A stretch of DNA of 64,000 nucleotides from Patescibacteria group bacterium. GTDB taxonomy: Bacteria; Patescibacteriota; Minisyncoccia; Minisyncoccales; UBA10102. Shown piece after piece: positions 38,233 to 47,288 of the stretch (position 1 is its first letter; each line of letters opens with the position of its first letter). The stretch covers positions 19,891 through 83,890 of the forward strand of contig JADFNM010000001.1 of assembly GCA_022563395.1 (NCBI GenBank), in the 5' to 3' direction. A program made the position numbers and the translations under genes. The notes below the pieces were generated by a model, which searched no databases, was not told where the DNA came from, and worked only from the letters and a program-made list of their open reading frames with translations.

Positions 38233-39009
38233 ATGTCTCAGTTCTATTCCGGAAAACGAAGTAGAAACTTGTATGAACCCTCAACAAAGGAGTCTTTTCG
38301 TTTAAGCCGCTCCAAGATCGAAAACTTTTTGAAGTGTCCCCGCTGCTTTTATCTTGACCGGCGCCTTGGCGTGGACCAGCCGCCTGGGTATCCATTTAGC
38401 CTCAATGCTGCCGTAGACACCTTGCTCAAAAAGGAGTTTAATCTTTTGAGAACAAAGCGAGAACCCCATCCTTTATTTAAAGAATACGGCATTGACGCTG
38501 TTCCTTTTCAGCACCCAAAAATGGATGAATGGAGAGAAACCCTAAAAGGCCTTCAGTATTACCATGAGCCCTCAGGATTTTTAGTGACCGGCGCGGTAGA
38601 CGACATTTGGCAGAACTCAGAGGGAGAATTACACGTAGTGGATTATAAGGCAACGGCAAAGAATGGGGAGGTGAACTTGGATGCTGACTGGCAGCGCTCC
38701 TACAAAAACCAAATGGAAATCTACCAGTGGCTCCTGCGTCATCAACCAGACGGGTTCAAGGTTTCTCCTTTGGGATATTTTGTGTATGTGAACGGTAAGA
38801 TGAACCGGGAAGCGTTTGACGCTCGCCTTGAGTTTGACATGAAGATTATTCTCTATAAAGGAGATGATTCCTGGATAGAAAAGGCCTTGATGGATGCAAA
38901 GAAAGTGCTGGATTCAGACAAGCTGCCGCAAGCAAACGAGGGGTGCGATTATTGTTTGTACCGAAAGTCGGTGCAGGACGTTTTGCAGCCCTTTCAGAAA
39001 AGCGAATAG
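38233..39009 (+). CDS. PD-(D/E)XK nuclease, Cas4/RecB-like, with CxxC...CxxC
   Basis: CPRCFY at the N-terminus, GAVDDI...VVDYKAT...QMEIYQWL (D...D/ExK...QxxxY) and CDYC at the C-terminus. Confidence 0.7.
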   Translation: MSQFYSGKRSRNLYEPSTKESFRLSRSKIENFLKCPRCFYLDRRLGVDQPPGYPFSLNAAVDTLLKKEFNLLRTKREPHPLFKEYGIDAVPFQHPKMDEWRETLKGLQYYHEPSGFLVTGAVDDIWQNSEGELHVVDYKATAKNGEVNLDADWQRSYKNQMEIYQWLLRHQPDGFKVSPLGYFVYVNGKMNREAFDARLEFDMKIILYKGDDSWIEKALMDAKKVLDSDKLPQANEGCDYCLYRKSVQDVLQPFQKSE

Positions 39010-39011
39010 TT

Positions 39012-39130
39012 CCTTAACGAAATTAAGGATTCCTTAGTTTAGTTAAGAGACAACCAAGAGAACCATTCGTGCTTAAATGAGATTTAAGCAGGAATGCAGA
39101 ATAAAGAGTCGCCAAACAGGCGATTCTTTG
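39012..39130 (+). repeat. three-hairpin intergenic cassette, copy 2 (diverged)
   Basis: CCTTAACGAAATTAAGG ... GCTTAAATGAGATTTAAGC ... GAGTCGCCAAACAGGCGATTCTTTG. Confidence 0.8.
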
Positions 39131-39148
39131 TTAAACTATGCAGGAGAT

Positions 39149-39994
39149 ATGAAACAGGTGAGTTATAGTCAGTTAATGACGTATGTGAGATGTCCTGAGC
39201 ACTGGCTGTTCCGTTACAAGCTGGGCTTAAAGCGCTCTCCCAAAAAGATTTTAAAACACGGTTTTGCCTTACATGAGACCTTTGCCTATCACTTTGACCA
39301 AAAAAAGAAAGATGGGAAAGGACTAAATGTTGGGGATGCAAAGGAGTTTTTTGCAGATGTTTTTCTGGAAGCATTAGATGACTATAAGCAAGAACTGGAG
39401 TCTGTGCGTCCCCATCTAACAAGGGAATATCTGAAAAAAGAACGAGAGGTTGATGTGACAAATTTGCTTGATCTTGGCATGCGGGGCATTGAGGTCTACT
39501 ACAAAAAACTTAATCAATATATTAAACCTGACTTAGTGGAAGAGGCATTTGAGTTCCCAGCTAGCAGGGAACTCAAGGTTATAGGAAGAATTGACCTTAC
39601 CGACAAGAGCAGTGTTATTCATGAGTTAAAAACCACCAGAAAATCACCCAATATGCAGGATATTCGTTCTGACCCCCAGCTTGCGATCTATCAGTTGGGA
39701 TACCATAGCATCAAAAAGAAATATCCAAAGGCCATTAGCAAAGACTACATTGTGCTTTCAAAGAGAGATTCTAGGATTGTACGATTTAAGGTTGCTCGTC
39801 CCTTTGTAAATCGCTTAACGATTCTTAGAAACATTAACACCATTATGGATGCGGCCCGCCACAACATCTTTTACTGCATGCATCCAGCAGAAAGTTGGTT
39901 ATGCTCTAAAGAATGGTGCGGGTACTATACTTTGCACCAGGAATTGAAAAAACTGGGATTACAAAAGTTTATGGCAAAGTATTTAAAGAAATGA
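39149..39994 (+). CDS. PD-(D/E)XK nuclease, Cas4/RecB-like (1+3 Cys pattern)
   Basis: RCPEHW at the N-terminus, GRIDLT...IHELKTT...QLAIYQLGY and the CMHPAESWLCSKEWCGYY C-terminus. The start is taken at MKQVSYS. Confidence 0.7.
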   Translation: MKQVSYSQLMTYVRCPEHWLFRYKLGLKRSPKKILKHGFALHETFAYHFDQKKKDGKGLNVGDAKEFFADVFLEALDDYKQELESVRPHLTREYLKKEREVDVTNLLDLGMRGIEVYYKKLNQYIKPDLVEEAFEFPASRELKVIGRIDLTDKSSVIHELKTTRKSPNMQDIRSDPQLAIYQLGYHSIKKKYPKAISKDYIVLSKRDSRIVRFKVARPFVNRLTILRNINTIMDAARHNIFYCMHPAESWLCSKEWCGYYTLHQELKKLGLQKFMAKYLKK

Positions 39995-40710
39995 TGGCAT
40001 CATATACCATAATACATCTTGGGGGGTCGGTGGTGGTCCCCCATATTTCAGATACAGGAGGCATCAATATTACCTATCTTAAAAAGCTGCGAACCTTTCT
40101 TTTGCCTCAGTTAAAAAAGGGCAGAAAGTTTATCATTGTCATTGGAGGTGGAAAGACCGCACGAGTGTATCAAAAGTCAGCAGAAAAGATTGTGAACATC
40201 CATGAATATGATTTGGACTGGATTGGCATTCATGCCACCCGTCTCAACGCGCATCTCTTGCGTACCATTTTTGAAAAAGAAGCATATCCCGTGGTTATTG
40301 ATCACGACCCCACGCGAGAGGAAGTAGAAATGCTAAAAAGTTCAAACAGGAATCTATTTTTTGCTTCAGGCTGGAAACCCGGATGGTCTACTGACTATGT
40401 TGCAGTGGAACTTGCAAGAAAGTTTGGCGCAAAGGAGATAATCATTGCAAAGGACACCCCATATGTGTATGACTCAGATCCCAAGAAGAACAAAAACGCA
40501 AAACCACTCAAGAAAATATCCTGGAAATTGTATAAGCAGATTATCCCACAAAAATGGACCCCCGGTCTCTCTGCCCCAGTTGATCCTGTAGCAACCAAAC
40601 TGGCAGAAAAGTTGGGACTTGAGGCAAAGATTCTCAAAGGGACCGATTTGAAGAATATGAAGAAGGCTGTAGAAGGAAAGCAATTTCGCGGCACCCTTAT
40701 TCATCCTTAA
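39991..40710 (+). CDS. pyrH: UMP kinase, archaeal type
   Basis: IIHLGGSVV...VIGGGKTAR...GWKPGWSTDYVA...DPKKN..A looks collinear, from memory, with archaeal PyrH. ATGA overlap with the upstream gene. Confidence 0.75.
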   Translation: MMASYTIIHLGGSVVVPHISDTGGINITYLKKLRTFLLPQLKKGRKFIIVIGGGKTARVYQKSAEKIVNIHEYDLDWIGIHATRLNAHLLRTIFEKEAYPVVIDHDPTREEVEMLKSSNRNLFFASGWKPGWSTDYVAVELARKFGAKEIIIAKDTPYVYDSDPKKNKNAKPLKKISWKLYKQIIPQKWTPGLSAPVDPVATKLAEKLGLEAKILKGTDLKNMKKAVEGKQFRGTLIHP

Positions 40711-40802
40711 TGAAATTAAGGAGATAATTGATAGAATCAGCCATTCTTAAATAAGATTTAAGCAGCATGGAGAGAAAGAATCGCCACAAAGGCGATTTTT
40801 TG
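40705..40802 (+). repeat. three-hairpin intergenic cassette, copy 3 (complete)
   Basis: CCTTAATGAAATTAAGGAGATAATTGATAGAATCAGCCATTCTTAAATAAGATTTAAGCAGCATGGAGAGAAAGAATCGCCACAAAGGCGATTTTTTGG. The pyrH stop TAA lies inside hairpin 1. Confidence 0.9.
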
Positions 40803-40835
40803 GTAAAATAGATTCATAAGTAGTATTCATGTAGT

Positions 40836-42389
40836 ATGCCAAATTTCTTGAAACGTCCCTTCGGAGTCATCTCTATCTTCGTTCTTATTGGTGTTATTGG
40901 AATGTTCTTTGTTTTGAGGGATCCTGGAGAACTGCGTATTGAAACAGCAGAAGTTGTAAGGCGCGATATTGTGCAGGAAGTGGCAGTGACCGGGAGAGTT
41001 AAGGCAGCTACATCCGTAGAGCTTGCCTTTGAGAAGGCGGGCAGGGTATCTCAGGTTCACGTAAGAGTCGGAGACAGGGTTGTTCCCGGGACTTTGCTTG
41101 TGAGTTTGGATAGCTCAGAATTGCTTGCCAACTTAACTGAAGCAAAAGCCGATGTGAAAGTACAAGAGTCAAAACTAAAGGAGCTTAAGCGCGGCACAAG
41201 AGTAGAGGAACTGGAGATTCAGCGGGTGAAGGTGCAAAATGCGGAGTTTGCACTACAAGATACCAGGCAGCAGATTCTTGATACATTGCAAGACAGCTAC
41301 ACCAGGTCAGATGATGCGGTGCGAAACAAGATAGACCAGGTGTTCTTAAATCCACGAGGTTCATCTCCACAGATTCTATTCATTGCAACGAATTTTCAAT
41401 TGGAGTACACGATTAAAACGAAACGCATCGTCGTGGAGGCAACACTCACTTTCTGGAAGGCTTCATTGGAATCCCTTTCCTTAAAGAGCGACCTGAAGGG
41501 AGCCCTTGAAACAACAAAGCAGAACCTAGGGGAGATTCAATCCTTTCTGGACGACTTGGCTCTTGCAATCAATGGGGCGACTCCCGCGGGTTCCATAACC
41601 CAGAGCACCCTAAACTCCTGGCAATCTGACGTTTCCACGGCAAGAACGAATGTGAATACGGCAGCTTCCAACACCAGCTCGGTAGAAGAAAGTCTGCAAG
41701 TAGCGCAATCGAGCTTGGCTTTGCAGCAACAGAACCTTGTCTTAAAAGAGGCTGGGGCTGCTCCAGAAGAGATTGCAGCCCAACAAGCAAAGCTGGAACA
41801 GTCAGGAGCTGCAGTCACAAAGATTGAGACGCAAATAGACAAAAACAAGCTATTCTCTCCCATTTTTGGCGTTGTTACCAAGCAGACGGCTAAGGTGGGA
41901 GAATTGGTGGTTTCAGCTGTCATCATCGTTTCTCTTATCTCAGAGAATGACTTTGAAATTAAAACCAATGTTCCAGAAGCCGACATTGCAAAGATACAGA
42001 CTGGAAACACAGCTGAGGTAACCTTAGATGCCTATGGCAGGGATGTGATGTTTGGAGCTAAGGTTGTGAGTATTGACCCCGCAGAAACCATTATTGAAGG
42101 AGTGGCAACGTATAAGGTAACCTTGCTATTTGAAAAAGAGGATGAGCGCATCAAGTCTGGCATGACTGCAAACATTAATATTGTAGGAGCAAGCAAGCAA
42201 GGAGTACTTGCAATTCCCCAAAGAGCAGTTATTCGAAAAGATGGTGAGAAGTTCGTTCGGGTATTCAGAGGAAAGGAGATAGAGGAAATGAATGTAAAAA
42301 CAGGACTGCGGGGTTCGGACGGCTTCATTGAGATTACAGAGGGCCTTAAAGAGGGAGACGTTGTCATCACCTTTCTTGAAGGTGAGTAA
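40836..42389 (+). CDS. HlyD/MacA-type periplasmic adaptor subunit
   Basis: N-terminal anchor, lipoyl-like segments flanking a long coiled coil, and a C-terminal beta-barrel pattern. An ABC pair follows. Confidence 0.8.
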   Translation: MPNFLKRPFGVISIFVLIGVIGMFFVLRDPGELRIETAEVVRRDIVQEVAVTGRVKAATSVELAFEKAGRVSQVHVRVGDRVVPGTLLVSLDSSELLANLTEAKADVKVQESKLKELKRGTRVEELEIQRVKVQNAEFALQDTRQQILDTLQDSYTRSDDAVRNKIDQVFLNPRGSSPQILFIATNFQLEYTIKTKRIVVEATLTFWKASLESLSLKSDLKGALETTKQNLGEIQSFLDDLALAINGATPAGSITQSTLNSWQSDVSTARTNVNTAASNTSSVEESLQVAQSSLALQQQNLVLKEAGAAPEEIAAQQAKLEQSGAAVTKIETQIDKNKLFSPIFGVVTKQTAKVGELVVSAVIIVSLISENDFEIKTNVPEADIAKIQTGNTAEVTLDAYGRDVMFGAKVVSIDPAETIIEGVATYKVTLLFEKEDERIKSGMTANINIVGASKQGVLAIPQRAVIRKDGEKFVRVFRGKEIEEMNVKTGLRGSDGFIEITEGLKEGDVVITFLEGE

Positions 42390-42393
42390 CTTC

Positions 42394-43062
42394 ATGGCCT
42401 TCCTTTTAGTAGAGAATGTAGAGAAAAGCTATAGTGACGGAACCCAGGCACTCCGGGGAGTGTCTTTTACAATTGAGAAAGGAGAGTTTGTTGCCATCAT
42501 GGGACCTTCCGGCTCTGGTAAGTCTACCTTGCTGCATGTTCTTGGATTTTTAGATAGGCAAACAAAAGGAGAGTATCGCTTTGATGGGAAAACGATTGAT
42601 GACTATACATCAGAGGAGTTGGCCCATGTTCGCAACAAAAGGATGGGATTTGTGTTTCAGGCATTTAACCTCTTGGCGAGAACCACAGTACAGGAGAATG
42701 TAAAGCTGCCCTTGTTGTATTCTGATGTGAAGAAATCAGAGCAAGAAGAATTGGCAAGAAAAGCGGTTGCAGCGGTGGGTTTGACAGAGCATAGCAATCA
42801 TCTTTCCTCCCAACTCTCTGGGGGCGAGAAACAAAGGGTTGCCATAGCTCGTGCGTTAGTGAACAACCCCGATGTTATCTTTGCAGATGAGCCTACTGGG
42901 AATCTTGATTCAACTTCCGGCAAGATAGTCATGAAAATCATCCAGAAGTTAAACGAGGAAGGACACACGGTTATTCTCATTACACATGAAGCCTATACCG
43001 CAGAGCACGCCCAGCGCATCATTTACATGCTAGACGGCAAGATTGAGGGCGACAGCAAATAG
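42394..43062 (+). CDS. ABC transporter ATP-binding protein (MacB/LolD-like)
   Basis: Walker [10 protein letters not shown], signature LSGGEKQR and Walker B IFADEPTG. Confidence 0.92.
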   Translation: MAFLLVENVEKSYSDGTQALRGVSFTIEKGEFVAIMGPSGSGKSTLLHVLGFLDRQTKGEYRFDGKTIDDYTSEELAHVRNKRMGFVFQAFNLLARTTVQENVKLPLLYSDVKKSEQEELARKAVAAVGLTEHSNHLSSQLSGGEKQRVAIARALVNNPDVIFADEPTGNLDSTSGKIVMKIIQKLNEEGHTVILITHEAYTAEHAQRIIYMLDGKIEGDSK

Positions 43063-43063
43063 T

Positions 43064-44308
43064 ATGACGTTACAAGATAGCTTTAAGACCGCATTCAAGG
43101 GGTTGGAAACCAATCGTTCCCGCTCCCTTCTCACTATTTTAGGTATTGTTATTGGCATTACCGCCATTATTTTAATGATGTCCATTGGCCAAGGTGCAGA
43201 ATCCTTGATTCTTCAGCAGCTCGGAGGATTGGGAGCCGAAACCATTGTTATTCGCCCCGGCAAGCAGCCCACTGGTCCGAGTGACATTGGCGAAACCCTA
43301 CTGACCAATTCTTTGAAAACAAGGGATGTGGAATCCTTAAAGAGAAGAGAAAACGTGCCCGGTCTGGTTGAAATAACACCCATTCTTTTGGTGCCAGGGT
43401 CAGTATCATTTGAGGGGGAAACGTTTCGACCCACCATCATTGGAAGTTCGGGTAGCTTTTTCCCCGACGTGTTTAATGTCTATCCTAAAGAGGGCGTTTT
43501 GTTTGATGAGTCAGACATTACCCAGAATGCAAGCGTTGCAGTAATTGGCTCCAGGGTTGCTGAAGAGCTTTTTTTGAGCTCTGATGCCCTTGGAGAGTAT
43601 ATCACTATTAAAGACCGAAAGTTCCGCGTTATTGGAGTGTTTCCTCCAAAAGGCCAAGTTGCCTTCTTTAACATTAACGAGTTGGTTATTGTACCTTACA
43701 CCACAGCCCAGCTGTACCTCTTGGGCGTTGATTACTTCCATGAAATCATCGTGAAGGCAGAAAGTCAGGAAGCGGTTTTGCGAACAGTACGAGACATTGA
43801 ACTTACCTTGCGTGAAAACCATGGCATTGCAGATCCTAAGGACGATGACTTTTTTGTGACCACACAAGAAGGTATTGTAGAGCAGGTTCAGATTATCATT
43901 GGAGCCTTAACCGCGTTTCTGTCTTCGGTAGTTGCTATTGCTTTGGTAGTGGGAGGCATTGGAGTCATGAATATCATGTTAGTGTCGGTAACAGAACGAA
44001 CACAAGAGATCGGACTCAGAAAGGCCGTGGGAGCAACAGAAGGGGATATTCTCTTTCAGTTCTTATTTGAAGCAATCATTCTCACTGGGGTGGGAGGTGT
44101 CATTGGCATTGCATTAGGCACAGGTCTCTCCTTTTTGGCTTCCCTTGTTTTAACAGCTACTCTAGGCGTTACTTGGATCTTTGTTTTTCCCATAACCGCA
44201 GCTCTCTTGGGGTTCTTTGTGTCAGGGTTGGTTGGACTCATCTTTGGCTTGTATCCTGCAAGACAGGCCGCAAAGAAATCTCCGATTGAAGCTTTGCGCT
44301 ATGAATAA
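43064..44308 (+). CDS. ABC transporter permease, MacB/FtsX family
   Basis: TM1, a large periplasmic domain, and a C-terminal FtsX-like 3-TM bundle (...LRKAVGAT..DI..QFL.E). Confidence 0.88.
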   Translation: MTLQDSFKTAFKGLETNRSRSLLTILGIVIGITAIILMMSIGQGAESLILQQLGGLGAETIVIRPGKQPTGPSDIGETLLTNSLKTRDVESLKRRENVPGLVEITPILLVPGSVSFEGETFRPTIIGSSGSFFPDVFNVYPKEGVLFDESDITQNASVAVIGSRVAEELFLSSDALGEYITIKDRKFRVIGVFPPKGQVAFFNINELVIVPYTTAQLYLLGVDYFHEIIVKAESQEAVLRTVRDIELTLRENHGIADPKDDDFFVTTQEGIVEQVQIIIGALTAFLSSVVAIALVVGGIGVMNIMLVSVTERTQEIGLRKAVGATEGDILFQFLFEAIILTGVGGVIGIALGTGLSFLASLVLTATLGVTWIFVFPITAALLGFFVSGLVGLIFGLYPARQAAKKSPIEALRYE

Positions 44309-44317
44309 CCAATAGTG

Positions 44318-44413
44318 CCCTAATGCATTAAGGAGATAATCACTAGAATCATTCATGCTTAAATGAGATTTAAGCAGCATGGAGAAGAAGAATCGCCAAA
44401 CAGGTGGCTTTTT
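44318..44413 (+). repeat. three-hairpin intergenic cassette, copy 4
   Basis: CCCTAATGCATTAAGGAGATAATCACTAGAATCATTCATGCTTAAATGAGATTTAAGCAGCATGGAGAAGAAGAATCGCCAAACAGGTGGCTTTTTG. Confidence 0.9.
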
Positions 44414-44427
44414 GATAGAGTTGGAGT

Positions 44428-45354
44428 ATGGCATTATCACTCGGAATTGTGGGGCTGCCTAATGTGGGGAAATCTACCCTGTTTCAGGCGCTAACAAAAA
44501 AGGAGGTGGAGATTGCAAACTATCCCTTTACCACCATTGATCCTAACGTAGGGGTTGTTCAGGTTCCAGATGAAAGGCTGGAGAAGCTTGCCCACCTTTT
44601 TCATTCAGAAAAGGTGATACCTTCCATTATAGAGTTTGTAGATATTGCAGGGTTGGTAAAGGGTGCGAACAAAGGAGAGGGGCTGGGGAATCAGTTTTTG
44701 GCACGTATCAGAGAGGTTGATGCCATCTGCCAGGTGGTGCGCTGTTTCCCCAGCGCAGACATTATCAACGTTGAGAAGACCGTGGACCCGTTGCGCGATA
44801 TTGATACTATTAACACAGAGCTTGAGTTAAAAGACATTGAAACAGACAAAAAAGGGAGTTCTATCCCAGAGTCTGAGCTGTTAAGCAAAAAACCCGTTCT
44901 GTACCTGCTTAACTGCAATCCCGGTGATGCTTCAGAAGAGCTTTTAAAGCAAGTCAAAAAATCTGGCGCTGCTTATGTTACTGCAAATCTGAAAGACGAA
45001 CTTGAAATGCAGGAGCTTGCCGAAGTGGAAAGAAAAGAGCTTGGTTTTGTATCCCAACTCCCAGAGCTCATCAAGAAATCTTACGAACTCCTAGACCTTA
45101 TTACGTTCTTTACCGTGGTAGGAGAAAAAGAGGCGAGGGCATGGGCTGTCAAAAAGGGAACAAAAGCCCCCCAAGCGGGGGGAGTGGTTCATGGCGACTT
45201 TCAAGAGAAGTTTATTAAAGCCATGGTAATACCCTGGGATAAGTTGCTGGAAGTTGGAACTTATGCTGCGGCCGCAGCTAAGGGCTGGCTGAGGACAGAA
45301 GGCAAAGACTATGTGGTGCAAGATGGTGACGTGATTGAAATCAAACACGGTTAG
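44428..45354 (+). CDS. ychF: redox-regulated ATPase YchF (short form)
   Basis: GIVGLPNVGKSTLF, NYPFTTIDPN and the C-terminal TGS-like ...YVVQDGDVIEIKH. Confidence 0.88.
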   Translation: MALSLGIVGLPNVGKSTLFQALTKKEVEIANYPFTTIDPNVGVVQVPDERLEKLAHLFHSEKVIPSIIEFVDIAGLVKGANKGEGLGNQFLARIREVDAICQVVRCFPSADIINVEKTVDPLRDIDTINTELELKDIETDKKGSSIPESELLSKKPVLYLLNCNPGDASEELLKQVKKSGAAYVTANLKDELEMQELAEVERKELGFVSQLPELIKKSYELLDLITFFTVVGEKEARAWAVKKGTKAPQAGGVVHGDFQEKFIKAMVIPWDKLLEVGTYAAAAAKGWLRTEGKDYVVQDGDVIEIKHG

Positions 45355-46505
45355 TACACTTTTCTATCTACAAAAAGGCCGTTTTCGTCCAGAAGTTGGA
45401 TTGTGTCGTGGGTGGGATGTCCAAAGCTTCGGTTCGCGAAAACCTGCCACTCATTTTTCAGAAAGTTGGAGTCGCCAGAATGTTTGGTAACGCAAGCCCC
45501 ATAGTTTAGGTTATCGTTGATATAGGTGATGCAGGGAGCATTGGCGGCAACAGCTGCGTTCTGAGAATACGAAGGGACTTCGCACCGGGAAAAGTTCACC
45601 TCTTTTAATATGAAATCCTGGCAGGCAGGAGTGAGGAATGACACATCCTGAAGGCTTGGCCTGTCTGGGCAAGAGGATGGGACGGAGAGGGGAAAAGAAT
45701 AGTATTGGGCGAGCCAGCCAAAGCATATGTTCGGCCTGAAGTTGCCGCCGGCTCCGAACGGGGAAGCGGCCCCGGAAACGAGCACCTTATCACCCCTATT
45801 GAGCACTATTCGTTTTTGAAAGGCCGTGCCTACAGGAGAGATCCGTTCTGCGCCAAAGCCAATAGAAAAGCTCCCCGTGTTGCTCTTTAGGGTCCAGTTG
45901 GAGATGGAAAGGGTTTCCCCGGATTTAAGGTGCGAGGAAAGAGTGAACATAAAGGGAGAGGAAGAAGTTGCCCGCCGGAAGCTTCCAATGGTTATCTTCC
46001 CAAAGGAAGGGGAGACGTTGACGCGAAAGGCTCTTGTGGCGGGAGTCGTGTCCACCTCATTCTTGAGCTTTGCTCGGACTAAAAAAGTGTATTCGGCCGG
46101 TCCCCCGGGAAGTGTAATCTTTCGTTGCCTGCTTGAGGTTGCTTTCCAGTCAGGGTCAACACCCTCAATCTTGGTTTCAAAGGTGATACGTCCTGCTGTA
46201 TCTGTTGGATTTACAGATCCCTCAAACTCAAAGGTCACCACATTGGTATCGCTGATTTTTGTATCCTCTGTTGGGCCTTTTGTAATAACGGTGTTAAGCA
46301 CAAACGGGAGAGAGGTTTTTAAAGGGGCTTGTCTAATGGTGCTTGGTCGCGGAGTAGCAGCTTTTGGCGTTACTTTTTCAACGCTTTTTTGCGAGAATAG
46401 CTGGAGGCTGGGTAAAGGAATATCTATGTTTTTAAGAATATCGCCACCAGCAGAAAAGGCAAAGATTCCAATTAAGATAAGAATGGGAATAAGAAAGATT
46501 GGCAT
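45351..46505 (-). CDS. hypothetical exported protein (Ig/lamin-tail-like middle, Cys-rich C-terminus)
   Basis: 384-aa ORF with an N-terminal TM/signal (MPIFLIPILILIGIFAF). Preferred over the antisense 232-aa ORF. A TAGAAT -10 lies upstream on the minus strand. Confidence 0.55.
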   Translation of the reverse strand: MPIFLIPILILIGIFAFSAGGDILKNIDIPLPSLQLFSQKSVEKVTPKAATPRPSTIRQAPLKTSLPFVLNTVITKGPTEDTKISDTNVVTFEFEGSVNPTDTAGRITFETKIEGVDPDWKATSSRQRKITLPGGPAEYTFLVRAKLKNEVDTTPATRAFRVNVSPSFGKITIGSFRRATSSSPFMFTLSSHLKSGETLSISNWTLKSNTGSFSIGFGAERISPVGTAFQKRIVLNRGDKVLVSGAASPFGAGGNFRPNICFGWLAQYYSFPLSVPSSCPDRPSLQDVSFLTPACQDFILKEVNFSRCEVPSYSQNAAVAANAPCITYINDNLNYGACVTKHSGDSNFLKNEWQVFANRSFGHPTHDTIQLLDENGLFVDRKVY

Positions 46506-46538
46506 AGATTCCTTTATTCTATGATATAATCCATGGAT

Positions 46539-47288
46539 ATGAAAGTAACAGCTCTAAAGACAAAAAAGATTACCCCAAAGGATACCGATATCTTGGAGAT
46601 TCTTGACAGGTATCTTCTGCGCTTAAAAGACAGGAGTGTGGTTGCTGTCACCTCAAAGATTGTAGCTATTTGTGAAGGAAGGGTGGTGCCAGAAAAATCA
46701 GGAGGCAAGGACAAACTTATCATCAGGGAAGCAGAGTATTACCTTCCCCGTACTTCTAGCAGGTATAACATTATGCTCACGGTGAAGGGAAACGCTATCA
46801 ATTTCTCTTCTGGCATAGATGAGTCCAATACCGGGGGGTACTTTGTCTTGTGGCCCAAAGATCCCCAAAAGTCTGCAAATACAATTCGGGAATACCTTAT
46901 TAAAAAACACAAGAAAAAGAACATTGGTGTTGTTATTTGTGACACCGCTTCCGTGCCCTTGCGTTGGGGGCAGCGAGGAGTGTTTGTCTTGGCGCACAGT
47001 GGGTTTGCCGCTTTAAACTCCTACATTGGAAAACTGGATATCTTTGGCAGACCCTTGAAGATGACGTCTGCTGCAGTAGCCGATGCTTTGGGAGCCGCTG
47101 CCGTGTTGGTGATGGGAGAGGGAGCAGAGCAGACTCCTTTGGTTGTTATTGAAGATGTTCCTTTTGTAAAGTTTAAACAGAGAAACCCGACCAAAAAAGA
47201 GCTTGAGAAGTTACAAATGCCGTTGGAAGATGACCTTTATGCCCCGTTATTGAAAGCAGTAAAATGGCGCAAAGGGGGTTCTGCCTAA
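46539..47288 (+). CDS. CofE-like gamma-glutamyl ligase family protein
   Basis: ...VVAVTSKIVAICEGRVV... and ...GIDESN...ICDT... fit the F420-0:gamma-glutamyl ligase fold family. TGATATAAT (46522-46530) lies 8 nt before this ATG. An alternative ATG is at 46533. Confidence 0.65.
   Translation: MKVTALKTKKITPKDTDILEILDRYLLRLKDRSVVAVTSKIVAICEGRVVPEKSGGKDKLIIREAEYYLPRTSSRYNIMLTVKGNAINFSSGIDESNTGGYFVLWPKDPQKSANTIREYLIKKHKKKNIGVVICDTASVPLRWGQRGVFVLAHSGFAALNSYIGKLDIFGRPLKMTSAAVADALGAAAVLVMGEGAEQTPLVVIEDVPFVKFKQRNPTKKELEKLQMPLEDDLYAPLLKAVKWRKGGSA

Noticed and set aside
16335-44430. Short conserved peptide frames inside the cassettes (MERKNRHKGDFLVK, MEKKNRQTGGFL..., MAKENRQEGGFLV...).
   Set aside because: The similarity follows nucleotide identity of a terminator hairpin. 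The frames end differently or run into the next gene out of frame, and copy 39012 shifts frame. It is better explained as RNA structure than as a peptide.
45826-46524. A 232-aa plus-strand ORF fully antisense to the 384-aa minus-strand ORF at 45351-46505.
   Set aside because: The minus-strand frame is longer. It has a clean signal/TM N-terminus and a -10 box upstream, and it fills the gap between ychF and the next gene. The plus frame has no start context. The choice is not certain.
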